64,000 nt of DNA from the human T2T-CHM13v2.0 reference genome, Homo sapiens, in NCBI RefSeq assembly GCF_009914755.1, contig NC_060948.1, one strand, 5' to 3'. The position numbers and the translations under genes were made by a program. A model generated the notes under the pieces. The model saw only the letters and a list, made by a program, of their open reading frames with translations. It had not been told where the DNA came from and did not search any database. Below, one piece after another: positions 59,657 through 64,000 of the stretch (positions are counted from its first letter, which is position 1; each line of letters starts with the position of its first letter).

Positions 59657-61210
59657 CGTATACATTATGTATATAATAATATACAGTATCATATATATAA
59701 TATATTTAAACTATGTATAATATTGTTTTACATCCTGCATCTTATATTATATATATTGTATAAAATATAATAATTGATAATATATAAGTTTTATATTTAT
59801 ACAATATGACATATAGTATATATTATAATTTATGACATATATAATATATGTTATATATCATATATAGAATATATTATACGGTTAATATACGTATTAAATA
59901 TAAATTAAACATTATATATATTATATATAATATATCTGTTATATATAATACCCATTATGCATAATATATATATTATGTCTACGTTATATATAGTATAAAA
60001 CAACATATAATAATATATAATTGTATATATAAAATGCGACATATAATATATATTATATTTTATGACATATGTAATATATATTATATATTATATATAATAC
60101 ATTGTATGTATAATACCTATATTAAATATATATTATATGACTATGTTATTAATTACATGTCACATGTGTTATATATTATATATTTTACATAGAATATACC
60201 GGTTACATAAAATATATAGTATGTTACCTATAATGTATAATTTATTACATGTAAAATAAAGAATGCAATATATTATGTATAATTTATAATATACAATATG
60301 TGGAATGTCATATATATAACATATAATATATGATATATGATATACAGTATATGATATATAACATACAATATATGATACCTAATATATATGGTATGCAATA
60401 TATATTTTATGATATGTATTCTATATGTTTTATATTCTGTTATATATAACTATTTGAAATTACATATAACTGTATAATATTTTATGTAAATATGTAATAT
60501 AATATATATAACTATATAATATATTATATATAACTATATATTATGTTATATATACTTTTATAACATAATTTACATAAAATATCATAATATAATGTATATT
60601 ATATTATTTCATATTACATAATATATATTACATATCACCCAATATATGTAACATACATAATATTATAATATAGATTATATTATGTTATATTAAATATCAT
60701 ATATATCATGTATCATATATTCTATAATATATATTACACATAATATAATATGTATGTTGTCTATTATGCGATATATATAACTATATATATAATTATATTA
60801 TTATACATATAACTAGATAAACATGTAATTCTACATATTTTCATTTATAATATATAGAATTATATAATCATATATAATTATTTATATTCTATAAAAAATT
60901 ATATCATTATATAAATTATAATATATAAAAATTATAATATGTACTACAAATATATATATTATATATCATATATGATATAGTACCTTTGTTATATATCATA
61001 ATACATATAAATGTGTATTAAGTTATCTATAATTATATAATTTCATATATAAGATGTATAATATGTATCATATATTATATATGTTATGTAATATATATAG
61101 TATATATAAGATGACACAGGATAAATATTATATAATATGACATAAAATATATGACGTTATATGTTACATATAAGGCATAGCACATAACATGTAATATATA
61201 TCATATATAA
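59657..61210. repeat. AT-rich segment, DYZ2 unit 6
   Basis: Colinear copy. Confidence 0.88.
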
Positions 61211-61502
<292 letters not shown>

Positions 61503-62074
61503 AGATCCATATTTTTTAAATGAAAAAAAATTTCAAAGGTACTCTGCTTGGTAAAATATTCAAATGTATAAACTGAGAAATAAAACATAACCATGAAACC
61601 TACTTATAACTGCATATGGAAAATACAGAGGATAATTTTTTAAATAACATATTTTGAAAGCCTTAACTAGTAATTTGAAGAGTTGGCATTTGAAAGGCCA
61701 GTATGAATATACCTTCAAAGCAGCAACGCAGGTTCCCCATGAGAAAAAGCAAACTCAGGGAAAATAAAACCACAAAGGTTCAAACTCTTCTGACCTTTGA
61801 AAGACACAGCACAGACAGTGGTCCTTAGGACGAAGAGCAGGAGACCCCTAATTCCGTCACCATGTCGATAGAGCATAAACATTGCTGGGTGAGGGAACAA
61901 TCCACATTGTGAGGTCCAACTGCTGCCAGGAAGACAGGAGTGCTTTTACATAGACCGAAAGGTCATTGAAGGCTCAGAGTTTTGTTTCAAGAACTGAATC
62001 CCAAGCCCACACGTTATTAGGCTGCGCTTCTTAAAACAAGTTATGAGATGGGAAAAAGGGCACCCACAAACGTA
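61503..62074. repeat. HSATI-like segment, DYZ2 unit 6
   Basis: Colinear copy. Confidence 0.75.
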
Positions 62075-63921
<1,847 letters not shown>

Positions 63922-64000
63922 AGATCCATATTTTTTAAATGAAAAAAAATTTCAAAGGTACTCTGCTTGGTACAATAATCAAATGTATAAACTGAGGAAT

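Overview
The window is entirely human satellite DNA, most likely Yq12 heterochromatin, spanning a DYZ1/DYZ2 block boundary. Bases 1-48366 are a (GGAAT)n-derived Human Satellite 3 array with a ~3.55-3.57 kb unit (DYZ1/HSat3A6 type): about 13 units plus one aberrant 1725-bp partial unit. Bases 48367-64000 are a ~2.42 kb tandem repeat (DYZ2/HSat1B type), each unit comprising a ~1.55 kb AT-rich segment, a diverged minus-strand Alu and a ~570 bp HSATI-like segment. No protein-coding or RNA genes are supported; all ORFs are translations of repeats. I see no evidence of a wholly new biological system. The most interesting signals are: three perfect heat-shock elements per DYZ1 unit (35 intact by hand count, two of the three sites polymorphic); a microhomology-bounded half-unit between different unit haplotypes; mosaic variant sharing between non-adjacent units, repeatedly at a 3-unit offset; and a complex DYZ1/DYZ2 junction with a 769-bp deletion. 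All coordinates and counts were made by eye and should be confirmed computationally.
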